This document shows positions 36,601-48,149 of a stretch of DNA of 64,000 bases, in pieces; positions within the stretch are counted from its first letter, which is position 1; each line of letters starts with the position of its first letter. The DNA is from Amoebophrya sp. A120. Taxonomy: Eukaryota > Protista > Dinoflagellata. A program made the translations under genes and the position numbers. The stretch covers positions 1,924,054-1,988,053 of the forward strand of contig CAJINV010000005.1 of assembly GCA_905178155.1 (NCBI GenBank), in the 5' to 3' direction. The notes beneath the pieces are model-generated. The model made no database searches, had not been told where the DNA came from, and was given only the letters and a program-made list of their open reading frames with translations.

Positions 36601-39560
36601 ACCGGCTGTCTTGCTTTCTTCGATGAGTCTTCTAGATTATTCTTATTGTAGGGACGACGAAAGACTATGAATGTGGTCTCTTCTTGTTGTACTGCAATAC
36701 GCAGTTACAGCGAGCCTGACCTACACACACGTGCGTCTCTTCGCGTAACGCATTTGCGCTTCGCGCAGGCGGGTTCTGCAAGTAAGGGTAAGCAACATGT
36801 TTGAATGCGTCTTGGCTTTCTCATTTGAAAGTGATGGCTTCTAAAAATATGCTGCGTTTCGGCAGAGAACAGAAGTTGTTCTCTATCTGTGTCCTCATTC
36901 TGCATATTTCTTCTACGGAGCCCACTTGCGGTGTCTCTGTCTGCCAATGCGGCTCTTGCCGTAATAAACAACAGACTAGACTACACCAATAAAATCATAG
37001 TCTGTGTATAGTTAGAACCAGCCGCTAGCCGCGGTCATAATGAATTCCCACACCGCTCGCCTATGCAGCTCCGCTCCGGTGGTCGGGTCCAGCCCGCGCT
37101 ACTGCTATCTCGTGGTCGTAGTCACACTTTTTCTTGCCTAATGATGACACACGAAACGACAAGAAAAAGCATGAATGAAACTTCAAAAACAGCACACGAA
37201 CACACACACCCTCGTGCGGTCTCAGGAAGAACGGTGGATGTAGGATCCTTAGTGTAGGGAAAAAAGTGACAGATTGCTTGTAATAGCAAAAAAAAGTGCA
37301 GCCGGCTTCTATCAAGTTGTAATTAAATCATGCATTGATGCATTTTCAACGATTTTCATCAGCTCCTAGCGGTAAGAGACAAGCAAACCTAGAATCTTCG
37401 AAAAACTTCTGGACTCTTTTTTCGTTGCCCTCGTGGATTATTTCTGCAGAAATTCAATGGCAAATCAGCATGCTGTCAATGTAGAGACTTTTCTCGTTCT
37501 AATGCGGAGGTACTACTTGCTGTAAAAACTAGTTTACTCGAGATTGATGAAGATACCAAGCGAACTTTTTTTACTTTACGCAAAAACAGGTGCAGTTGTA
37601 TCCATGTCGTTCCCCCTCTTTTCGAGAGATCTGACTGATGTCGTCCACGACCTGGTTGCGATGAATATTAAATACATGCATCTAAAAAATTCTTCTGCGG
37701 ATCTTCATGGTGTAATAATAATACCCTATTTTTGTTCTTTAGTTTCAATATCCTATCTGGGAATGTGTCTTGGAGGACCGAGTTGCGCCCTTGAAGATTT
37801 TACGTGCAATCGAAAGAAATGAAACAACTGAAATTCAAAAATACTGGCATGAAATAATCTTATTACATGTGCAAAACTTAAGAAACTTAGTGAAAAATAG
37901 ACGGGCTCAACTTCATCGGTCAATACCTTGTTGTGCACCAAATATCAGCAATTCCGATTTTTTTAAAACCAATATCGTCAATTTTTCCACAGCATTTTCT
38001 ATACCGCATCCATTAGTATAAAGAACTAACGCGAGCAGCAAATTTTGGAATGAAATTGAACAGCAGCTGGTAGTGTAGCAATGACGGGGCTCAATGAGTG
38101 GAAGACTCTACTTGCAAAAAAGATGAGGATCCGCGAGACGATGGCTCTTCGCTGCCCCGGCTCTTTTTGATACAAACTTTTTTTGCAAGACGGGCTTCGT
38201 CACTTTTTATGTGTAGCTAAAGGACTCTTACACCTGACACTTCAGGAGCCGATAAAAATATTCGAAAATATTTTATCTAGTAAGCTTCTTACGGAGTTTG
38301 AAAAGAGTTGTCATATATCATTTTATCACCAACTACCTTTACTCACGTATTTCCGTTTATTTGATGTTGAACCATTCTAACCTAGAATAGCATATCCAGT
38401 GGTAGTGGTCACCAGATAAAAAGGAATTTGGGGTTTTTAAGTACGAGGTTTTTTGGCTGCGTTCAAGAAGATCACGCGTGGCCAAAAAAAAATTGTCCAC
38501 TAAGACCCTCCTTGCTTCATCATCTTTGCGCTAACATAAAGAGTTCTTTTGCATGTGGTCGTATCATCCTACATACTTGTTTCCTATACCTCTGCCCGAT
38601 CGCCAAGTTGCCGCTCAGGTTGCACGCTCGTTCCACAATGGACGCCGTACAACCAGACGAGCACCCCCCGACCGGCTTATTGTAATTTTTATTTTCACGA
38701 GTTACGTGGTAGGTAGCATATCAAAAGTGTCTTCCTCTTCTCCTTGGAAAACGAAAAATTAAAATAAATTTTGTGCTCGAATCTCTATACTATCTCATAG
38801 CTTTTATTCAATTTCTTGAGTACAACTGCTTGATGCATTCTCACACGCCAGCATTTGCCACAAAGCATTAACAGCGCCGACGCTATTTGTTGAAGCTATT
38901 ACGAATCAATATCAAATCAGGGTTGTTTTGCAAGACTTCTATCTTCTAGTGTCAAAAGTTATAATTGTGTATTTTCTGCAGATTGTATTTTGGGTAAATG
39001 GATAAGAGAGAGGGACCTCTAAGTTTACATTACTTGAAACGGGTACAAAAAAATCAAGATTGGCCGACTGATTGCAGTAGCCGACGTGGAAGGGGTACGC
39101 CAGCAATTGAAAAACTTAAACATTAATTATTCAGTTGGACGAGATAACCTGCATGACGACGGAGGAGGAAGTGCTGCCACGTATCAAGTGCAAATATGTC
39201 TGGGTTGTAAAGCCGTACGATTTTCCATCCAATGCTGAGTGGTCCTTTTGTAGGACATAAAGGCATCACAAGTTTATAAATTTTCGGGTTTTATTGCGAA
39301 TTCCAAACATATTTCGCAGTTGCATGACAGTTCCAGCATGAATATAACCAGGCATCGCAGACGCTATGGCGCTTCAAATCTTGCACGACAAATCCACATT
39401 TAGAACGCATATTTGCAATGCATACACGAAGTAAACGACGACTTCGTCACGCGAGCAGCTCCGTCGGCTGATAGTATGCGATCAGCCGAAGGAGGAAAGG
39501 GAAACGTCGCCACGTTGGGAAATCGAAACGGGGCTTCTACAGCGGGACATCGGAAAATCA
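33700..39560 (-). CDS. Putative divergent multi-exon gene, not reconstructed
   Basis: Short protein-like minus-strand fragments (e.g. 34577..34780, 35965..36282) and three introners; no recognisable domain. Confidence 0.25.
35460..35738. mobile_element. Introner family B (279 bp), flanks not duplicated
   Basis: Near-identical to copies 29700 and 49543; flanks TAAGT/CATCA. Confidence 0.88.
35788..36062. mobile_element. Introner family A'
   Basis: TIR TATGGATTGCAAATATGTCTGGGTCT; TSD AGTGA/AGTGA. Confidence 0.9.
39182..39424. mobile_element. Degenerate introner family A'
   Basis: TGCAAATATG/CATATTTGCA inverted repeat; 4-bp duplication CACG/CACG. Confidence 0.65.
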
Positions 39561-39652
39561 GCATAGTCGGGCCGGCCGGCCTTGTTTTTCAATATTTTTC
39601 GGCCACTTTTTTGACGTGCCGTTCGACAGCTGCAGTCGAGCAGCGAAAGAAG

Positions 39653-42600
39653 TTAAAAATCCTTGTCCCAATTTCCGTCCTCCTTTGCCGCCGCGATCTG
39701 TGGCGGCAAATCCGACTCGGCGGCACGAAAATTGCCCAGATCCGTGTCGTCTCTCACTTTGGGCACGTGCGGCGGGCGCATCTCAAACCGGTACAGCGCC
39801 TCCCAGTCAAACCGCGAATACCTACGGATTTCGTTCGATCTTTTTCACTTTTATTTCTTCAGCTTGTCATCATGCCCTTGCTCAAACCAATTGCTTATAT
39901 GCCTTTTGGTTTTGCTTGTTCAGAAAATCCGCATAGTATGTGTTTGTGTGTGTGAAGAGCATGCGGATCATGCGTGCTGTGGTGCCCTAGATTAGAAACT
40001 ATGAATTCATTGCCTTACGAGGAATTGGCCTTACGAGGAAGCAAGGCGGACGTACCACTTGTGCAGGCGCAGATTTCGCAAGCCCTTCATCGGAAGCGGG
40101 TTATCGAGTGGAAGCAAGTTCTGAGTGCTCAGCACAACTGCTAGGATAAATACTTACTTTCAATTGTCCATCATGCCACTCCTCACTACGTTTCTTCATG
40201 GCATCTTTCGCGACCATGATACTATCATTTGCGCAGACGTTTCGATTTACGCATGCCCACTTGCACGGCGACGACGACTACCCTATACAAGAACATACCG
40301 AAGTAGATAGAAAATGGCACTACATCCATCCCCAGCAGGACAACTACAAGCAGAGACTGTACTCAACCCGTCTACTTGCTCTCAGTTTCCATAGCTGTCG
40401 TGCGGGTGCTCCTGCAGCAGCTGCCGCACCAGGTCTACGGCGTCGGGGTCGCGGTCCTTGTAGGCCTGAAAGTTGATCTCGTGGTGTCCCTTGCAAATTT
40501 TCTGGTAGGTTTCCATCTGGTCGTTTGCCTCGAACGGCGCGTGGCCGGACAGCAGTTCGTGCACCAGGATGCCCAGCGTCCACCAGTCCACCGCCTTGGT
40601 CATGCCCATCTGCCGAACCACTTCGGGGGCGAAGTAGTCCGGCGTGCCGCAGGTCGTGTAGGTCTTGCCGTACACAATCTTGGCGAGGCCCATGTCGGTC
40701 AGCTTGCAAAAGCCGCGGGACTCCAGAAGAAGATTTTCCGGCTTCAGGTCGCGATACAACACCTGGTGAGAGAACGGGGAAATTTTCGCACGTCTTCCCA
40801 TTTGATGTCATCTTCGATTGTAGCGCAGCTTCAACGTCGATCCAGAAAACTCAACGAGGTCATAATCTCGCTTCTTTCCTTGTGCAGCAAACACGCCACT
40901 GTGCTTGACAGCTGTCAGCACTTGCACTATGTATACTCGTCATACATGTAAAAACTATGAATGAAATAACGATAAAAAAACTGATATAGTATACATTCCG
41001 CTCGTGCAAATGCTCCAGGGCAAAGACGACCGAGGCGGAGTAAAATCGAGCCTTCGAGACCGATCCGTGGAATCGGTACTTGTGGTAGACTGCGAAGAGC
41101 TCGCCACCCAACGCTGGCTTATGGGGGTGTCAGGATCGAAATCGACAAAATCGAAAAATTTGTAATGCGTAAAATGCTGCGCACGTAACGCCTGTGTTGG
41201 GAAGCAGGCAAGTGTTACCGATTGCAGGCCTGTTTAGGGGAGGGCGATGCGCTTCCAGAGTAGCACGACAGGAGCAGCCTTCTTTGTCCAAACAGCATGA
41301 CAGACTGGATTTTAGTGCTCCCGAAATTTGTCTTGCGCCACTTGGAAACTGAGGCCCCAGCTGGTATCGATTTTGTGCATCACAAATTTTTCGATTTTGG
41401 CAATTTCGATTCTGACGCTTCCATATGGCTCCAAGAGGAAGTACAGGTATTCTGCCGTGCGGAACGTGGCGTGCAACCGGATCACGAACTGGCTGTCGCA
41501 AAGCTGGTGATGTCATAGATTGCTTTTTTTTTCAACAAGAAGATTGCGAGAATAAGCATTGGAATCTATTTCATCCCTGCCAAGAACAAGGAGTGCCGAT
41601 GTCTTGTTACTATTTGCATTCCACATCGTCCTACCGCTCGTTTTGGTATAATAAATATTGCAACAGACAATTTTGTAAGTACCGAGAGAATTTCCTTTTC
41701 CCTCAAAACCCCCTTCTGCATTTTCATCTTGACCACGTAGCCCTTGCTTAACGCCTTCAGCGCGTAAGTCTTCCCGCTGTGCGCATGCTGCTCCAGTGTG
41801 ACCGCGCCGAACCCCCCGCAGCCCAATAACCCGATTCGGTTCAAGTCGTCCAACTGGATGTTGCTTTTCAAGTCATTCTTCTTGACGCAACCAACGTTTT
41901 GACGAGAGACAAACCCGATGTCGCCGACCAGGTCTAGAACCGGTGCGAGGATCTTTTTGAACTGCGCCTTTTGGAGCACTAAAACTCGTGTATCGTCCTC
42001 CTCCGCGATCACGGTGATCGTGCGCGCTTCGTCGCTATGCATTGCAAAAGTTGTATTCCGTACTACTAGTAAAGTACACTTCATCTTCAAGTTCAATTGC
42101 ATCACAAATTTTTCCAAGTTGTAGAGAAAAGGTGCAATTTGTAATGCTGATGTATGCCCTAATACTTGACGGAATTGTCACGCGAGACGGCATTTAGTTG
42201 TACGAGTACAATATCACTTTTGCACTGCATAGTCCCGGAGCAGCGCCCGCTCGCCAAACCAGTAGGGGTTTTTGCGGTCGAACGTAACGATCTGATAATC
42301 CGGCGCGTCCCCCGTGGCGCCCGTTTGTCCAGGTGTGGTCGTTTGGACAGCAGTACTAGAGGAGGAAGTACGTCCTGCAGCGTTCTGCGCTGATGAAGCC
42401 GAAGCTCCTGCAGATCCAGAGGCACGGCTGGTGGAGCTGCTGCTCCGCTGGCCGCTAGCAGCTTTATTGGTCTCCACAGCCCCATCTTCTCCTGCTGCTT
42501 GAGCCCCCGGGGATGTTGAGCTACTGGATGGATTCAAATTTGTTGCAGAAGTTGTTGATGTTGACGTTGAGCTACTAGTTGTACTAGAAGCACTGATTTG

Positions 42601-45600
42601 TTGCGGCATCGTCAAGTGCGGCCGCGCACCGTAGGTACGAATGCTGCCCTTCTTCAAGATGTAGAACAAATTTGCCGCCTCGCCCTCTTTGGTGATGTAT
42701 TGCAAGGCAACGTCCCCCCTCCCCATACTGAAAAGGTATATTTTTGGAAATTTGTGATGCTGATTTGTGGCAACAAATCATGTCTGTCTTGCAAGAAGGC
42801 AACTCCGCAGGCTCCGCCGCATTGTGCAGGCGGTTTGTCATGCTGTTCGGCCTACAGCGCGGATGTTTTTCATGCTAAGTGCCTAAGCCAAAACCTCGCT
42901 ACTCACACTTAGTATGGGCCTTCAGTGCTCTCCAGCAAGACACCTCGGATTTGTGTACGCAAATCCAGCATCACAAATTTCCTTTTCGATATGGGGTGGG
43001 GGGGTTTTTCCTTTTGATATGATGTACTCGTTCTTTTGAAACCGGACCTCCGTCACATTCTCCGCTAACCGCTGCCGTTCCTCAGAAATCAAGCCGTAAA
43101 AGGTGTCTATCTCGGAAACGATCTCCAGGTTCTCTTGCACCTGGAGGGAAATTACTTCGTACTTATCATGATTTATTGCACATAGAAATAGGCCAATTTC
43201 CTATTTCTTGTGCATGACCAAATAAAATGCGGGTAAAAATGCGTGCGGGCACTAAAGAAAATCTCGCACTCCACCTACCTTTCATCATGAAACATTTTTT
43301 ACACGATAATTACCTTCCGATTTTCTCTTCCCACCAGCTCAGCCTTGAAGGCGGACCTACTCAGCACCCACAGGATTCCCCCGTTTTTGGAAACTATGGG
43401 TGTGTCAGAGTTGAAATCGACAAAGTTGAAATAACTTGTAATGCATAAAATCGATACCAGTCGGAAACCCAATTTCCAAGCGGCGCATGACAAATTTGAC
43501 TAAAGCCGAAATCCAGTTTGTCATGCTGTTTGGGTGAGACAGACGCCTTTTGTCATGCTACTTTAGCAGCTCTATTTCTACCCCGGAACAGGCTTACAAT
43601 CTGCCTCCTGTGCCTACTCTGCAAGACAGGCATTTTCTTTGGTGCATTTTATGCATGACAAACTAGTTTCAACTTTAACGATTTCAAACCTGACGCTTCC
43701 ATAGAAACGCATTTTACGGTAGCCGCCCGTGGCTGGTGGTAGAGTAACCCCAGCTCCCCGAAGCTGGCGTATCAAATGCAAAAATGTCTGGGTCTGGAAG
43801 ATTGGAACTTGTGATGCTGTCTTTGGATTCCAAAAAAGTCTGTATTGCATGACCTTATTTACCCCTCAACCACTATACCCCCTTTACGACCACTACCTCA
43901 GGTAGGACCTCGGGGGGATGGGGTCAAGCTCTAACGGGGGTCGGACCCGAGTGAAACCGTTAGAGTGGCTGCATGTCCTGGTCGAAACCGGAATTCCAAA
44001 AGCACGGCATCGTTTCCAGCGGTAAACCAGGCAAAACACGACGAACAGACAAAGACGAGGGACTTGGGCAGAGCAAAGGGATAGCTGGGGTCTCCTGCAG
44101 CTGAAAAATAACGTCGCGATGCGACTGGACTGGGGTCTCCAGCAGTCCACCAAAAAGCCCTATTGCAATGGCCGGGATAGGGACCCCACCTAGGACTACG
44201 CACGACAGGCCACGAAGAGACGATGCCGAGGAGACACAGCGACGCTCCGCTCCGCTCGACGCGACAAAGCCGCAACCGCACCGCTCGTCGAGGATCGCTC
44301 CACCCCCGCGCCACACCCCCACGAACGACGCCAGGACGACAGAAAGACGACCGCGAGCCATAAACAACTCCCCTACGAGTAATCACCCCTCACTCGTCTA
44401 TCCAGCTGGTAAGCACCGTTCAGTACTCTGTGAGACCCGGGGCTGGCGACCCGAATTCCCGCACCGTAATCAACCCGCCATCGCCACCACCACCTCCGCG
44501 CAGTTTGGATCCGCAAAGCCCAGCCGCATAGAAAACGTCGCACCTCGCAGGAGTAGAGAGCCGCACAAACGCGCTGCCAGCGCAGCTACCACACAAAACC
44601 TGAGGTCAATCATATGGAAAGGGGTTGCCATAAGGCTACGTAAGGGTCAGAGGACAATCCGCTGCCACAACACAGACCAAAGGATTAGGAGGGGCGACAA
44701 ACTCAAACGAAGAAAAAAAGGAAATATGGGTCTGGTACTATGATCTTTTCATAAGTATTCGAGTGTGTGAGAGTGTGAGACAAACGAAAAACAATAAATA
44801 AAAAGTCCCTGATCTCCAGCGCAGCAGGGCGATCCGCTAGTGGGCGCGGCATCCTCGTGACGCGGAGATGTGCGGCAGAACTCCTTTACTATCGACAGCT
44901 CGGAGAAGGCGTCCACAAGTAGCGTCGAGTCCTCCCGATCGCCCGCTCCGCCGCAGGGCGTCGACAAGCGCCCCTAGGAACAAAGACCTACACGGAACTC
45001 CCAGACCGCCAAAAAAAAACCGACGCACTCACACCGTCTTCCACCCGGCAAGAAGAAACCCGCGAAGAGCTTCTACGTGGGGATCAAGGACCCCACAATC
45101 GAACGCCATTGGGGACGGCTGGTGAGGGCAGATGAAGGGAGTAACGAGTAAGACCGGGCGTTATGCCCGCTGGGACCATCGAAGCTTCATTGCGCACGTG
45201 CGCGCTTCGGATGGAGGGCAAGTGTGTACTCATTTTTTTTGCTTTGATTTTTCTTTTAGAGAAACAATCTACAATCTACGTGTGAGTCAAAAGGTTCATC
45301 AGCCGCACCTGATGCCTGTTACAGAGTGCCTCTACGGATCTTGGATCTCACGGGGGTTGATCTCCACGATGAGTCCGGACGAATTGATCTCACGGGGGTG
45401 CGGCCCCGTCTCTAAAGTGGGAAAATGGGCCACAAGACAAGAAGTCTTGAGCCAAAAGTCTGTATTGCATGACCAGCAAAAGGAGTCCAGTTTGTGCTAC
45501 GCGGAGAGGCCATTTCTCATGCGGAATACGCACCAGAAAGCCCTCTCAAAATCTGTGATGCTAGGCCATGCATTGCAGGCATCATAGCCCATGCGAAATA

Positions 45601-47930
45601 TGCATGACAAACCTGGAAATCTTCCAGACCCAGACATTTTTACAGTTGATATGGCGCCCGCCTTCGCAATGTCCCCGACCTTCCGCTCACCCTTGAAGTA
45701 GCAAAACTCCCCGGCCTCGATGATGTAGAAGCGGTCGGCGAACACCTCTCCCTCCGTGATCACCGTCGCGTCCGCAGAGACCGCTCGCCGGAACGCGGCG
45801 TTCGCCAGCCGCGACAGCTGCTCTTCGGACGGGTTTACCAACTCGGACAGGTTCCCGTTGTTCCGGATGGCGGTGGTGATGAACTGCAACTCCTGTTCAC
45901 TCTTCGACGGCACCAGCCTCTCGCCCTCGCAAAGTTCCAACGCCTCGTCTTCGTGCAGGCTCGACGTCGGCGAGAGATTGTTTGTGTCTGACCGCTTCGA
46001 GCTGTACATCGCGACGAGCGCCTTCCGCCGGACAAACTGCAGCTTATCGTGCAATTTGTACCGGTAAAACGCGTCGCGGTTCAGCACCAGCACGGTCAAG
46101 GGCGTCGGCTGGTGGGGCGAGGCTTTCACCGTGGCGGACCGGGCGCAATTCTTCAACACCGCCTGTTCGCCAAAGTAGTCGGAGGCCCGCAGGCTGGCGA
46201 TGAAGTCCTCCCGCGGCGGTCCGTCAATGGCTTCCACCTCGCAAGCCAGAATCCGGCCGCGCTGCCCGGTCCCGACAATGCGGATGGTATAGGGGTATTC
46301 GCGCTGGGGGTCGAATTTGTCCACCATCGCGTTACTCCCAACCGGGATTCTTCTGCCCCCGAAGTGCACGTCGCGGGTGTTGCGCACCTTGTCGCCCACC
46401 TTGAGATAGTTCTGTTCGTGCGCGTAGACGTGCGCCACGCCGTCGACGACCACGAAGAACTCTTCGCCTCGATCCCCCTGCACGAACACTTCCTCCCCGG
46501 GGAGAAAGGTTTGCTGCCGAAAGGCGGAAAGCAGCTCCGCGGACCCCTCCGGCCCGAGCTGGTTGAGCAGGTTGGAAAACATCTTGTCCATGCACAGCAC
46601 GTCGTGCGCCCGCTCCTTGTCCTCCGCCGTCAGTTCCTTGGGCGCGCGGCGCTGCATCTGCTCCAGTTGGGCCGCGAAGGGGTGAAACTCCCGCTTCCAC
46701 AGTTGAAAGCCCTGAAACAGGAACTCGACGAAGGAAACGGAATATCAAATGTAAAAATCTCTGGGTCTGGAAGAATGCAAGTTTGTCATGCTTGTCTGGC
46801 ATGACTCTTAAATCTGTCATGCACATTAACAAAGAGCCCCACTTTTCTGTCATGCAGAAACGTAGTTTGTCATGCAGAATAGGCAACACCTAGAAGCTCA
46901 GAAACTTGTCATGCTGAGCCAGCAATTGTGGCCTCCTGATGATATGCCACACAGCATCACAAGTTTCCAGACCCAGACCTTTTTACATTTGATACGGAAA
47001 CGTCCTGTTCGCGAGGGTTGGTAGAGGTGAACTCGTTCAGTTTCCGGAGCCACCCCGCCACCCGGCCGTCACCCTTCGCAACTGCTGCCGCCACGGTCAG
47101 TTGCTGCGCCAGCTCCGCGGTTTGCGGGTTAGGCCAACTACCAACCGCGGTAGAGGCGCTGGAGGTAGCGGAAAAGCTGCCGAGGCTCTGCACCGAGCTC
47201 GTAGGAGCGAGCAATGCGGAACTGCTGCTCAAGTTTGTGCATGATGACGCCGCCGAGGTGGCGATGCTCATATGACGACTAGAAGTACTACTGCTGTCTC
47301 TGGGTTGGGCTTGTTCTCCCGCATTTCCCTGCGCCATCATGCCGTTTTCCGGGGGCTTTTCCCATATCTCCGCGACTAGCTTGCGCGTGTGTACGGCGCG
47401 AATTTGGATCGGCGCGAAGTCCTTGGCGTTCGGTCCGGTCTTCAGAAACATGAACAGCTGCAGAATGCTGCCGTCTTCCACTATGTAGTCCTTGATCGAC
47501 AAGTAGCTCAGCCAGTCCTCGAGCCGTTCCTCGAGCCGCGTGAAGTACTTCTTGCACTGAGTTAGCGGGTCCTGTGTGAAGAGAGTTACAACAATAAAAG
47601 CATTTTATATATAAGTACTTAAACGAGGCTTGATGTTGTTGATCATCCAAACACCTCCACACTTGCACGACGCAAAGCGCTTCGTAGTTATGTTGGTCCA
47701 CGGTCTTCAAGCAAAACTCACTCTTTACTCAAGGAGGAAGTAAGTATTTTGCGCAATACAGCAAACGCATTTCGTTGTCCTTCGCCACAAATCAACGAAA
47801 TTCATTATACCGTGTCTGTCGCAAGCTCTCGTTCCATTTCCAGCAGATGCGTGCTAGCCGCGTACAACAAGGCGATGGCCTCCTGCGCGGGCGTCGGCTC
47901 TGCCTCTCCAGTGAACTCTTGCATCTTCAT
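39653..47930 (-). CDS. PKG: cGMP-dependent protein kinase (PKG-like): 3 cyclic-nucleotide-binding (CNB) domains plus an AGC kinase domain
   Basis: CNB cassettes FGEQAVLKNCARSATV, FGELGLLYHQPRAATV and FGERALLRD..RTITV. Kinase motifs GCGGFGAV, YALK, YRDLKPEN, DMG, TTCGTPDYFAPE. AGC tail FDWEAL...NWDKDF* with stop at 39653. Confidence 0.9.
41120..41425. mobile_element. Introner family E
   Basis: TSD TGGCT/TGGCT; removal gives kinase hinge YLYFLLEP|ALGGEL. Confidence 0.92.
42036..42231. mobile_element. Degenerate introner
   Basis: TATGCATTGCAAAAGT/ACTTTTGCACTGCATA; TSD GTCGC/GTCCC. Confidence 0.75.
42698..43019. mobile_element. Introner family C
   Basis: TSD TGATG/TGATG; removal gives KNEYI|TKEGE. 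Confidence 0.88.
43395..43703. mobile_element. Introner family E
   Basis: TSD GAAAC/GAAAC; removal gives ATVKCVS|KNGGILWVL. Confidence 0.9.
43855..45453 (-). mobile_element. Non-coding retroposed sequence starting with a dinoflagellate spliced-leader relic
   Basis: 21-bp direct repeat AAAAGTCTGTATTGCATGACC at 43834-43854 and 45454-45474; minus-strand 5' junction reads TTTTGGCTCAAG. Confidence 0.75.
45446..45457 (-). other. Truncated dinoflagellate spliced leader (3' 12 nt of DCCGTAGCCATTTTGGCTCAAG)
   Basis: Plus strand CTTGAGCCAAAA lies exactly at the insertion junction. Confidence 0.7.
46743..46994. mobile_element. Introner family A (252 bp)
   Basis: TSD CGGAA/CGGAA. Confidence 0.93.
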
Positions 47931-48149
47931 ACCTGTTCTTGATGCATAAATTATTTTTATATATATGGCTTTTCTTCATCAGCATTTGCCAATACGCATA
48001 CGGATCTATGCTTTATCTCTCGCACAAAAGTATCAGCATGGTGCTTTAGCAGGACGATGACCAGCTGCAAGAAATCAACGTCAAATATTATGATCTACAA
48101 ACGCTGGATAAGTAAAAGTAGGTAAGTAAGTAGTACAAATGTTCTGGTG

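Larger units (their letters stand above)
43770..45651. mobile_element. Introner family A containing a 1.6-kb nested retro-insertion
   Basis: Family A TIRs at both ends; TSD TGGCG/TGGCG; removal gives AGA|SFGELGLLY. Confidence 0.92.

Noticed and set aside
45290-45410. Hammerhead or HDV ribozyme in the retro-insert (CGATGAGTCCGGACGAA; minus-strand CTGATGA)
   Set aside because: The catalytic core is incomplete (no CUGANGA plus GAAA with closing stems) and I could not build an HDV pseudoknot by eye; an Infernal/Rfam search is needed.
301-46804. Long plus-strand ORFs (e.g. 2565..3362, 24433..25032, 40376..40951, 46049..46804)
   Set aside because: They are antisense shadows of GC-rich minus-strand exons, with no recognisable domains.
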